Of a stretch of DNA of 64,000 nucleotides, positions 37,131-45,909 are shown one piece after another. Made by a program: the position numbers and the translations under genes. The stretch comes from an uncultured Clostridia bacterium (GTDB taxonomy: Bacteria; Bacillota; Clostridia; TANB77; CAG-508), in NCBI GenBank assembly GCA_934141555.1, contig CAKPCK010000007.1, positions 3,155-67,154 on the forward strand, given 5' to 3'. Each line of letters starts with the position of its first letter. Position 1 is the stretch's first letter. The notes below the pieces were generated by a model. The model worked only from the letters and a program-made list of their open reading frames with translations. It searched no databases and was not told the origin of the DNA.

Positions 37131-37886
37131 ATGTATATAAATGACACACACATAGGATTTTTTATAGGAATATTTATATTAGGCTTATTAGTAGGCCAGT
37201 TTGTAGATTGGATGAATAAAAGATTACCAGAATACAAAAAAGTTTTCTCAAAAGAAATGTTTCAAGAATATAAAATAAACTTTAAACCCAATTATATGTT
37301 AATGTTAATTACAGCTATATTATATTGTGCAATATTATATAGGTATGGCGTACAGAAAACACTGATAGAAAATTTAAACTTAATAAAATATTTAATTTTA
37401 ACACCAATGCTATTATCAGCATTTGTAATAGATTATAGACAACAAATTATACCAAATAGATTAAATTTAACAATGTTTGAAATAGGATTAATAATAGCAT
37501 TTTTATATGGAATGTCAAATGTAGCAATAACAGTAGATATGTTACTTGGAATGTTAGTTGGTGGAGGAATATTTTTAGCAATAACATTAATAGGAAGTTT
37601 AATATATGGAAAAGAAGCATTAGGATTTGGTGATGTAAAATTAATGGGAGCATTAGGATTATATTTTGGGGTATCAAATATTTTAGCAATAACAGCAATG
37701 TCATTTCTAATAGGTGCAATATTAGGAATAATATTAATAGTTACCAAAATAAAAAAATCAGATGAATATATACCATTTGGACCATTTATAGTAATAGCAA
37801 CATTTATAAGTATATTTGTACCATTTGATATATTATTAAAAATACTTTTAGTAATATTCACATTAGGAACATATAAAGCAGTATAA
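37131..37886 (+). CDS. pilD: Prepilin peptidase (A24 family, canonical catalytic motifs, no N-terminal Cys domain)
   Basis: FVIDYRQQIIPNRL (first Asp), GFGDVKLMGALG (second Asp) and IPFGPFIV near the C-terminus. Confidence 0.85.
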   Translation: MYINDTHIGFFIGIFILGLLVGQFVDWMNKRLPEYKKVFSKEMFQEYKINFKPNYMLMLITAILYCAILYRYGVQKTLIENLNLIKYLILTPMLLSAFVIDYRQQIIPNRLNLTMFEIGLIIAFLYGMSNVAITVDMLLGMLVGGGIFLAITLIGSLIYGKEALGFGDVKLMGALGLYFGVSNILAITAMSFLIGAILGIILIVTKIKKSDEYIPFGPFIVIATFISIFVPFDILLKILLVIFTLGTYKAV

Positions 37887-37912
37887 ATGTATTTGAAAGG
37901 AATTGAATTTGA

Positions 37913-38971
37913 ATGAATAGAAAAATGCAATGGTTGAGAAACAAACTATTGAGTATGGATTTGCAAGGCATGATAGTATCAAATCCAGTAAATATAAGAT
38001 ATTTAACTAATATAAAAGCAGAAGGAATATTATTAGTAACAAGAAAAGAAAATATATTTTTAACAGATTCAAGATATATTGAAGATGTTCACAATACATT
38101 AACATTATTTGATGAAATAGTTGTATATGATATGAGAGGATTATCAATAGATGACTATGAGAACTTCTTTATGTTCTGTGAAAATGTAGGATTTGAAGAA
38201 AATTATGTAACATATGCAAAATACAAAGAATATATGCATAGATTTAAAATAAATAATTTTGTAGAAACAGAAAATATGATAGAAAAACAAAGAATGATAA
38301 AAGATGAAGAAGAAATTGAATCTATACAAAAAGCATGTAAAGTAACAGATGAATGTTTTGAATATATATTAGGATATATAAAGCCTGGTATGACAGAAAA
38401 GCAAATTGCAAGAGAAATTGATGATTACTATTATAAAAATGCAGAAGGAACATCATTTGACACGATAGTTGCATCTGGTGAAAATTCTTCAAAACCACAT
38501 GCAGTTCCAACAGATAGAAAAATACAAGAAAAAGATATTATAACAATAGACATGGGGTGTAAAATTGATGGATATTGTTCAGATATGACAAGAACATTTT
38601 TTGTGGGAGAAGTACCAGAAGAAATGAAAAAAGTATATGATTTAGTACTAAAAAATCAAGTTCAAACATTAAATGATATGAGAGAAGGATATAGTACTAA
38701 AATGTTGGCTAAAATGGTAGATAATGATTTTAGATTAAATGATTATGATTTAATACATGCTTTAGGGCATGGAGTTGGATTAGATATTCATGAATCACCA
38801 ATTATTAGTACAAGATCTGAAAATACACTAAAAGAAAATATGGTTGTAACAGATGAGCCTGGAATTTATATTGCAGGGCAATTTGGTGTTAGAATTGAAG
38901 ATACAGTTTTAATTACTAAAGGTGGTTGCGAAGCATTAACTAAGTCAAATAAGGAGTATGTAGTTATTTAG
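37913..38971 (+). CDS. pepP: Xaa-Pro aminopeptidase / dipeptidase (M24B family)
   Basis: Creatinase-like N-domain, then DMGCKIDGYCSDMTRTF, HGVGLDIHE and GIYI...GVRIED. Confidence 0.9.
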   Translation: MNRKMQWLRNKLLSMDLQGMIVSNPVNIRYLTNIKAEGILLVTRKENIFLTDSRYIEDVHNTLTLFDEIVVYDMRGLSIDDYENFFMFCENVGFEENYVTYAKYKEYMHRFKINNFVETENMIEKQRMIKDEEEIESIQKACKVTDECFEYILGYIKPGMTEKQIAREIDDYYYKNAEGTSFDTIVASGENSSKPHAVPTDRKIQEKDIITIDMGCKIDGYCSDMTRTFFVGEVPEEMKKVYDLVLKNQVQTLNDMREGYSTKMLAKMVDNDFRLNDYDLIHALGHGVGLDIHESPIISTRSENTLKENMVVTDEPGIYIAGQFGVRIEDTVLITKGGCEALTKSNKEYVVI

Positions 38972-39048
38972 AGGATATATAGTATTAAAATTATTGAATA
39001 ATAAGAGATAAAAAAGAGGAAATCCTTAGCCTAAAATAGGGGATAAAA

Positions 39049-39091
39049 GAGCAAGGGAATGCAGATTGCAAACCTTGCTCTAATTTATTTT
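39049..39091 (+). terminator. Intrinsic terminator after pepP
   Basis: 8-bp stem gagcaagg/ccttgctc, 16-nt loop, then taatttatttt. Confidence 0.6.
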
Positions 39092-39147
39092 AAGGAGAGA
39101 ATAAAGTTTAAACAATTAAATAACATTATAGAAATTGTTATTAAGTG

Positions 39148-39176
39148 TTGAATAGTTACGGGAATAATGTTATAAT
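39148..39176 (+). promoter_or_regulatory. Promoter of the orphan 113-aa gene
   Basis: TTGAAT (39148-53), 17-nt spacer, TATAAT (39171-76). Confidence 0.5.
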
Positions 39177-39253
39177 TCTTTGTAGTTATACGAATAGTAA
39201 CCAAAATATTTAATCAGCAAATCTCTAAAAACAATTGTTAGGAGGTATTTTTG

Positions 39254-39595
39254 ATGAAAGAAATTACTCAAAAAGATATTGAAAAAGTGAAATGTGAGTT
39301 AGCTAAAAAACGGAAAGAATTTGATGAATTAACTTTTACAGATTTGGAAGAACAACTTAAGTGGATTCGGGAATTTTTTAATGAATATATCCCAGAATTG
39401 GAAAAGAGGTTTTTTTCGGAAAAAGAGTTAAGAGAATGGAAGTTTTTGCCTAATGAACTTAGAATTTATTTTTATTTATATTTCCCAGAACATGGATTAA
39501 ATATGGCAAATTATTCTCAGGAACTTTGCTATAAACTTGCTGAAGAACGTGAAGGAAAATATCCATATTTAACAGGAAGAAGATTTTTATTTTAA
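39254..39595 (+). CDS. Hypothetical 113-aa cytoplasmic protein (orphan, with its own promoter and terminator)
   Basis: RBS taggaggta, then ATG at 39254. No TM helix and no motif I recognise. Confidence 0.5.
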   Translation: MKEITQKDIEKVKCELAKKRKEFDELTFTDLEEQLKWIREFFNEYIPELEKRFFSEKELREWKFLPNELRIYFYLYFPEHGLNMANYSQELCYKLAEEREGKYPYLTGRRFLF

Positions 39596-39678
39596 GTATA
39601 ATGGTGAAGAATAAATTGATAAAGGTGAAAATATAGTATAAAATTCTTATTTCAATAAATAGAGAAATTCTTTTGCAA

Positions 39679-39722
39679 AGAAAGTAACCTATATAATTTA
39701 TATGTAGATTACTTTCTTTTTA
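39679..39722 (+). terminator. Intrinsic terminator after the orphan gene
   Basis: Long imperfect stem agaaagtaacctatata/tatgtagattactttct followed by tttt. Confidence 0.55.
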
Positions 39723-39769
39723 AATAAATTATTTTTTACTATTTGACTTCTTTATATCTGTGTATAATA

Positions 39770-39872
39770 AGTACAGGAAATGAATAAACGCAGTGAATGT
39801 GGTTACCACTACATAAAAGTATAACAACACATTCGCAATATTGGCATAGAGGAATGTGTTGTTATTTTTATT
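39770..39872 (+). ncRNA. Candidate small RNA or attenuator-type leader ending in a strong intrinsic terminator
   Basis: TATAAT at 39763-68 (TTGACT at 39743, but only a 14-nt spacer). A 12-bp perfect stem aacaacacattc (39823-34) / gaatgtgttgtt (39852-63) plus atttttatt. A duplicate gaatgtg at 39795-801 could pair alternatively with cacattc. Confidence 0.3.
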
Positions 39873-39995
39873 GTAAAAATTGCTTGAAGCGAACAGAAAA
39901 ATACAATAAATATAAAAAATAACAAAAACATCTACACAAAAACAAAATAATGTGTTATAATGATTGCATTAAGTTACAAATAGGAGGAATTAGAG

Positions 39996-40721
39996 ATGTC
40001 AGGACATAGCAAATGGCATAATATACAAGCCAAAAAAGGAAAAGCAGATGCAGCAAGAGGAAAAGTATTCACAAAATTAGGAAGAGAATTATTAATAGCA
40101 GTAAAAGCAGGAGGACCAGATCCAGCAGGAAATTCAAAACTAAAAGATGTTATAGCAAAATGCAAAGCAGCAAATATGCCAAATGATACAATAAACAATG
40201 CAATCAAAAAAGCATCAGGAGAAGGAAGCACAGCTGTGTATGAAGAAATAACATATGAAGGATATGGACCATGTGGAGTTGCAGTAATAGTAAATGCAAA
40301 CACAGATAACAGAAATAGAACAGCTTCAGATGTAAGACATGTATTTGATAAAGCTGGTGGAAACTTAGGAACATCAGGATGTGTATCATATATGTTCAAC
40401 AAAAAAGGTGTAATAGTAATTGAAAAAGAATCAACAGATATGGATGAAGAAGAATTAATGATGTTAGCATTAGATGCTGGAGCAGAAGATTTCACATCAT
40501 CTGATGATGTATATGAAATTACTACAGACCCATCAAATTTCTCAGAAGTTAGAGAAAAACTTGAACAAGCAGGATTAACATTCTTAGAAGCAGATGTTCA
40601 AATGGTTCCAACAACAACAGTTGCATTAGATGATGATGGAGCTGAAAAAATGGAAAGATTAATTGAAAGACTTGAAGAATTAGATGATGTAATGGATGTA
40701 TATCATAATTGGGATATGTAA
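39996..40721 (+). CDS. yebC: YebC/PmpR family DNA-binding transcriptional regulator
   Basis: [31 protein letters not shown]...YEGYGP.GVA. Confidence 0.95.
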   Translation: MSGHSKWHNIQAKKGKADAARGKVFTKLGRELLIAVKAGGPDPAGNSKLKDVIAKCKAANMPNDTINNAIKKASGEGSTAVYEEITYEGYGPCGVAVIVNANTDNRNRTASDVRHVFDKAGGNLGTSGCVSYMFNKKGVIVIEKESTDMDEEELMMLALDAGAEDFTSSDDVYEITTDPSNFSEVREKLEQAGLTFLEADVQMVPTTTVALDDDGAEKMERLIERLEELDDVMDVYHNWDM

Positions 40722-40823
40722 AAAAATTAATAATTAGTTCTAAAATATAAAGAAAGAGCATATATATATAATATATGTTCTTTTTTGTTGTGTAGAAAAA
40801 TATTTATAAAAAAGGAGGAAAAA

Positions 40824-41718
40824 GTGTCAGAATTAGAAATAGTATTAGAATATTTACCAATAACATTAAGAAAAGAAATAATATCAAATATAGGAACAGA
40901 AGAAGACAAGATAGAAGAAATACGATTAAGAAGTAATAAAAGATTATGTCTAAAAATTGGACAAGAAACAATGTTAACAGAATACATAGTAAGTCAGCAA
41001 GAACTATTACAAACATTTGAAAAAATCTGTGAAAACTCAATATATTCTTATAGAAGACAAATATGTGAAGGCTTTATAACAATAAGAGGAGGAAACAGAG
41101 TAGGAATAGTAGGAAGCGGAGTAATAGAAAATGGACAAATTATAAATATAAATTATATATCAAGTTTAAATATTAGAATAGCAAGACAACAAATTGGATG
41201 TAGTCAAAAAGTAATGTCAAATATAATAAATTCTGAAACAAACACAATATATAACACATTAATAATATCACCACCACGGATGTGGAAAAACAACATTATT
41301 AAGAGATATAATAAGAAATTTAAGTAATGGATTTGGAAGATTTAAAGGACAGACAATAGGAGTAGTTGATGAAAGAGGAGAAATTGCAGCAATATATAAA
41401 GGAATTCCTCAAAATGATATAGGAATAAGAACAGATGTAATAGACAATGTTCCAAAGCCAGAAGCAATGAGAATACTAGTACGCTCTATGGCACCACAAA
41501 TTATAGCATGTGATGAGATAGGAAGTAAAGAAGACATTGAAGCAATAAATTATGTAATGTGTTCAGGAGTTAAAGGAATTTTCACAGCACATGGAAATGA
41601 TATAGAAGATGTATGTAAAAATCCGTGGATGGCACAATTAATAAATAATCATATATTTGAAAGAATAATTCAATTAAATTCTAAACAGAAAGGAGATTCG
41701 AAATGTATTATTGCGTAA
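40824..41718 (+). pseudogene. spoIIIAA: Stage III sporulation protein AA (AAA ATPase) interrupted by a +1 frameshift at the Walker A motif
   Basis: Frame 1 (GTG at 40824 after aaggagga) reads ...NTLIISPP then RMWKNN... and stops at 41327. Shifting by one base after ccaccaC (41277) gives GCGKTTLLRDIIRNLSNG...ACDEIG...TAHG through to 41718. Confidence 0.8.
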
Positions 41719-42215
41719 AAACAATATTATTATTTGCGATATTTTCATTATCGACAGGAATTGGAATTTTAATCTCAAAAATGTATGAAAATAGAGTAAA
41801 AGAATTAAGACAATTTAAAAATATTTTAAACATAATAAAAACAAAAATAAAATTTACATATGAGCCATTGGCAGAAATTTTTAATCAAATATCACAAGAA
41901 AAATCAAGTAAAATCGAAGAGATATTTGAAAATATGACATATAAATTAGCATTTGAAAATGTAAAATATTCTTGGATGGACGCAATTCAAGAAGCAGATA
42001 TAAGTATAACACAAGAAGACAAAGATATTTTAAAAGAATTAGGAAAAGTCTTAGGACAAACTGATGCAGATAGTCAAGTAAATGAGATTGAAGTAACTGA
42101 AAGCTTTTTAAATATACAAATAGAAAAAGCTGAAGAAGCAAGAAAGAAAAATCAAAAAATGTATAAAACATTAGGGGTAGTTGTAGGACTAGTTTTTGTG
42201 ATTATATTGATTTAA
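41703..42215 (+). CDS. spoIIIAB: Stage III sporulation protein AB
   Basis: About 170 aa. N-terminal TM with STGIG, then ...VKELRQFKNILNIIKTKIKFTYEPLAEIF.. as in SpoIIIAB. Operon position fits. Confidence 0.85.
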   Translation: MYYCVKTILLFAIFSLSTGIGILISKMYENRVKELRQFKNILNIIKTKIKFTYEPLAEIFNQISQEKSSKIEEIFENMTYKLAFENVKYSWMDAIQEADISITQEDKDILKELGKVLGQTDADSQVNEIEVTESFLNIQIEKAEEARKKNQKMYKTLGVVVGLVFVIILI

Positions 42216-42260
42216 TTGAAATGTGTATTGCCTTTAGGGAAAAAAGAAAGGATGTTTTTT

Positions 42261-42455
42261 ATGGATATAAACTTATTATTTAAGATTGCTGCAGTCGGAA
42301 TTTTAGTAGCAGTATTGCATCAAGTATTAGTAAGAGCAGGAAGAGAAGATCAAGCAATGATGACAACACTTGCTGGACTTGTAATTGTATTATCAATGGT
42401 TATTCAACAAATAAGTTCGTTATTTAATACAGTTAGAACATTATTTGATTTATAA
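42261..42455 (+). CDS. spoIIIAC: Stage III sporulation protein AC
   Basis: MDINLLFKIAAVGILVAVLHQVLVRAGREDQAMMTTLAGLVIVL...FNTV is the highly conserved SpoIIIAC sequence. I prefer the internal ATG at 42261. Confidence 0.9.
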   Translation: MDINLLFKIAAVGILVAVLHQVLVRAGREDQAMMTTLAGLVIVLSMVIQQISSLFNTVRTLFDL

Positions 42456-42488
42456 GCAATTCCAAATAGAAGGGAATAAGATGGAAAT

Positions 42489-42878
42489 ATGGCAGATGTA
42501 ATTAAAATAATAGGGATAGGTTTACTTGCACTAATAATAATTGTAATTCTAAAACAATATAAGCCAGAATTTGCAATATATGTATCAATGATAGCAGGAG
42601 TATTAATATTAGTATTAGCAATTCAAAAACTAACAGGAATTATTAATTTATTACAATCATTGGCAAATAAAACATATATAAATAAAAGTTTTCTAAGTAT
42701 TTTACTAAAAATTACAGGAATAGCATTTATAACAGAATTTGCTGTAAGTATTTGTTCAGATGCAGGAGAAAAAGCAATAGCAAGTAAAATAGAAATAGGA
42801 AGTAAAGTAATAATTATTGCAATGTCAATACCAATTATAACGAGTTTATTGGAGCTGGTTATAGAAATTTTACCATAA
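42489..42878 (+). CDS. spoIIIAD: Stage III sporulation protein AD
   Basis: About 129 aa with 4 TM. ...ITGIAFITEFAVSICSDAGEKAIASKIE.. is the conserved motif. Confidence 0.9.
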   Translation: MADVIKIIGIGLLALIIIVILKQYKPEFAIYVSMIAGVLILVLAIQKLTGIINLLQSLANKTYINKSFLSILLKITGIAFITEFAVSICSDAGEKAIASKIEIGSKVIIIAMSIPIITSLLELVIEILP

Positions 42879-42895
42879 ATATACAGGAGAAAAAA

Positions 42896-44101
42896 ATGAA
42901 TGAATCAATATTAACTTTTAGATGTTATAGAAAAAAATATAATTTTAGAAAATTAAAAAAATATATAATAATAATGATTATATTCATAAGTATAATTATA
43001 CCAACTAAAGTATTTGCAGATACAGAAAATGAAATAATGAATAGTACACAAGAAAAATTTAATATAAACAACTTTATAAAAGAAGCAGACAAATATACAG
43101 GAGACTTCCTTGAAGATGTAAATTTAGGGGATATGCTAAATCAAGCAATACAAGGAAAAGTAGATAATAAAACATTATATCAAAAAATATTTAAAATGTT
43201 TGGAAAAGAAATAACAGTAAGCTTAAAAACATTAATCAGTATATTAGTAATAATTGTAATTCATGGAATTTTAAAATCAGTAACAGATAATCTAGAAAAT
43301 AAAAATATATCTCAAATAATTTATTTTGTTCAATACATATTAATTGTAACGCTTATAATGTCAAATTTTACAGAAATAATAAAAATTGTTAAAAACACAG
43401 CAGATGATTTAGTTGGATTTATAAATGTATTAATGCCACTATTATTAACATTAATGATGTATACGGGAAGCATAGCAACAACATCATTATTAGAACCAAT
43501 TATATTATTTGCTATAAATTTTATTGCAAATTTAATAAAAAATATATTAATTCCAATTGTTTTAATAATAGTAGTATTTTCAATAATCTCAAAAATTTCA
43601 GAAAAAATGCAAATTGAAAAATTATCAAAATTTCTAAAATCAAGTGTTGTATGGGTATTAGGAATAGTATTAACAATATTTGTTGGTGTTGTATCATTAG
43701 AGGGAACACTAAGTAGTAGTGTTGATGGAATAACTGCCAAAACAGCAAAATCTGCAGTTTCAACAATAATACCAGTTGTTGGGAAAGTTTTAGGTGATGT
43801 TGTAGATAGTGTATTAGGATGTGGAATTATATTAAAAAATGCAATAGGACTAATAGGTGTAATTATAGTAATAGGAATATGTATAACACCTATTATAAAA
43901 ATTGCAACAATGTGCATAATGTATAGTTTAGCATCAGCAGTAGTCCAACCAATAGCAGATGATAAAATAGTAAAAGTATTAGACGAAATGGGAGGAGTAT
44001 TTAAACTATTATTAGGAATATTATGTTCATTATCTGTAATGTTAATAGTTGGAATAACATTAGTTATAAAAATTTCGAATAGTGGGATGATGTATAGATG
44101 A
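42896..44101 (+). CDS. spoIIIAE: Stage III sporulation protein AE
   Basis: About 400 aa, signal/TM then polytopic membrane domain. Operon position fits, and ...DGITAKTAKSAVSTIIPVVGKVLGD... is typical. Confidence 0.9.
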   Translation: MNESILTFRCYRKKYNFRKLKKYIIIMIIFISIIIPTKVFADTENEIMNSTQEKFNINNFIKEADKYTGDFLEDVNLGDMLNQAIQGKVDNKTLYQKIFKMFGKEITVSLKTLISILVIIVIHGILKSVTDNLENKNISQIIYFVQYILIVTLIMSNFTEIIKIVKNTADDLVGFINVLMPLLLTLMMYTGSIATTSLLEPIILFAINFIANLIKNILIPIVLIIVVFSIISKISEKMQIEKLSKFLKSSVVWVLGIVLTIFVGVVSLEGTLSSSVDGITAKTAKSAVSTIIPVVGKVLGDVVDSVLGCGIILKNAIGLIGVIIVIGICITPIIKIATMCIMYSLASAVVQPIADDKIVKVLDEMGGVFKLLLGILCSLSVMLIVGITLVIKISNSGMMYR

Positions 44102-44592
44102 TAAATTTTTTGAGTTCATGGGCAGAACAAGTTATATTAGCAGTCATAATTGCTACAATTTTAGAACTTATTTTACCAAATAGTAAAAATAAAAAATATG
44201 TTCAAATGGTAATTGGTGTTTATGTATTATTTAATATAATATCACCAATTATAAAAAATAAAGAAAAACTAGTATTTAGTGAAATCGATTTAGATAAATA
44301 TATTACAACATCAACAAAAGTAGAACAATCATCAATGGATGCAAGATTAGAAAAAATATATTTAGATGAATTAGAAAATAATATAAAATCAAAATTCAAA
44401 AATGCAGGAATAGAAATAATAAAATGTACTATAGATGCAGAACTAGATACAACCAAGAAGAATGCAGGAATACATTCAATAGATGTAAAAGTAAAAAATG
44501 TTGATGATGAACAGAAAGTTTTAAAACTTAAACAAGAGATAATTGAAGAATATGAGATAAGTGAGGATAAAATCAAAATTATTATAAAATAA
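44098..44592 (+). CDS. spoIIIAF: Stage III sporulation protein AF
   Basis: ATGA overlap with spoIIIAE. N-terminus FLSSWAEQVILAVIIATILELILPNSKNKKYVQMVIGV is typical. Confidence 0.8.
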   Translation: MINFLSSWAEQVILAVIIATILELILPNSKNKKYVQMVIGVYVLFNIISPIIKNKEKLVFSEIDLDKYITTSTKVEQSSMDARLEKIYLDELENNIKSKFKNAGIEIIKCTIDAELDTTKKNAGIHSIDVKVKNVDDEQKVLKLKQEIIEEYEISEDKIKIIIK

Positions 44593-44605
44593 TTTTAAAA
44601 GGAGA

Positions 44606-45205
44606 ATGCTTATGCTAAAGGAATTATTTAAGAAAAGAGAAGAACAGACAGATCAAAAGAAAAAAATAGAGAATATTGTGGCATTTATAATAATATTAAT
44701 TATAACAGTATTAATAATAAATAATATGTGGTCAAAAGATGAAAAGAAAAATACAAATACCACAGGAAAAGTATTAGCTGGAAATGTTGAAAACCAAGTG
44801 TCAACTAGTGAAAATACAGATGATTTAGAAATGAGATTAGAAAATATTTTAGAAACAATTAATGGAGTAGGAAAAGTAAAAGTTTTATTAAAATATTCTG
44901 AAAGTAGTCAAGTTGTAGCAATGTATAATGAAACAAATTCAGAAAATAAAACTGAAGAAAATGACGGAGATGGAGGAACTAAAAATAGTACAGAAACTGA
45001 AACAAAAAGAGAAATTGTATATACAGATGAAAATGGAACTAGTAAACCAATAACAGAAAAAGTAATAATGCCAGTAATTGAAGGAGCTATAATTACAGCA
45101 CAAGGAGCTTCAAATGCAAATATAAAGTCATCAATAGTTAGTGCAGTAGAAGCGGTTACAGGTCTAGCAATACATAAAATACAAGTATTTGAGATGAAAA
45201 ATTAA
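44606..45205 (+). CDS. spoIIIAG: Stage III sporulation protein AG
   Basis: One TM, then LENILETINGVGKVKVLLKY....V and the C-terminal ...PVIEGAIITAQGA pattern. Confidence 0.85.
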   Translation: MLMLKELFKKREEQTDQKKKIENIVAFIIILIITVLIINNMWSKDEKKNTNTTGKVLAGNVENQVSTSENTDDLEMRLENILETINGVGKVKVLLKYSESSQVVAMYNETNSENKTEENDGDGGTKNSTETETKREIVYTDENGTSKPITEKVIMPVIEGAIITAQGASNANIKSSIVSAVEAVTGLAIHKIQVFEMKN

Positions 45206-45237
45206 GTGAAACTTTTTAATGAAAAAGGAGGAATAAT

Positions 45238-45855
45238 ATGGATTTGAAAAAAATTAAATTTAAAACAGGTACAGCAGCAATATATGTACTTGCATTAATG
45301 TTGGTTGGATTAGGATATTGGAATTATGTCTCAACAGAATCAAATAATATTCAAACAGTAGCAGAAACTCAAACTGAAAATTCTGAAGATGAGAATTTAG
45401 GAGATGCACAATTTGTTAGTAGTAATGATGTGACATTAGATACCAAATCAACACAAAGTACAGAAACAAGTACTGAAATAGCCAAAACTGAAAGTACCAA
45501 TAATTCTAATGATTATTATGAAGAATCAAAATTACAAAGAGATACAATGTATTCACAAACATTAGAAACATATAAAGAAATGCTTAATAATTCAAATGTA
45601 TCTGAAGAACAAAAAGCAATAATAACACAAGAAATTGCAAATGTAAATAAAGAGAAAAATGCAATAATGGTTTGTGAAAATTTAATAACAACAAAAGGAT
45701 TTTCTAATTGTGTAATTTTTGTAAATACTGATAGTGTGAGTGTTGTGGTTGAAGATGATAATTTGAAAAGCGAGGAGATTGCTCAAATTCAAAATATTAT
45801 TTCAAGAGAAATGAATGCAAAAGTTGAAAATATACATATCATGACTAAAAAATAA
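45238..45855 (+). CDS. spoIIIAH: Stage III sporulation protein AH
   Basis: N-terminal TM, acidic linker, and a C-terminal YscJ/FliF-like region (...ENLITTKGFSNCVIFVNTDSVSVVV...). It is the last gene of the operon. Confidence 0.8.
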   Translation: MDLKKIKFKTGTAAIYVLALMLVGLGYWNYVSTESNNIQTVAETQTENSEDENLGDAQFVSSNDVTLDTKSTQSTETSTEIAKTESTNNSNDYYEESKLQRDTMYSQTLETYKEMLNNSNVSEEQKAIITQEIANVNKEKNAIMVCENLITTKGFSNCVIFVNTDSVSVVVEDDNLKSEEIAQIQNIISREMNAKVENIHIMTKK

Positions 45856-45856
45856 A

Positions 45857-45909
45857 ATAGAAAAAGAATACTATAAATGGATAACTCCAATATAGTATTC
45901 TTTTTCTAT
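45857..45909. terminator. Bidirectional terminator between spoIIIAH and mutS2 (19-bp perfect stem)
   Basis: atagaaaaagaatactata (45857-75) / tatagtattctttttctat (45891-909), T-rich on both outer sides. The 3' arm overlaps the mutS2 stop codon. Confidence 0.7.

Noticed and set aside
39795-39812. T-box-like sequence (gtggttaccac) in the small transcript upstream of yebC
   Set aside because: The resemblance to the GGUGGUACCGCG T-box motif is only partial. The element is about 100 nt and has no room for Stem I or a specifier loop.
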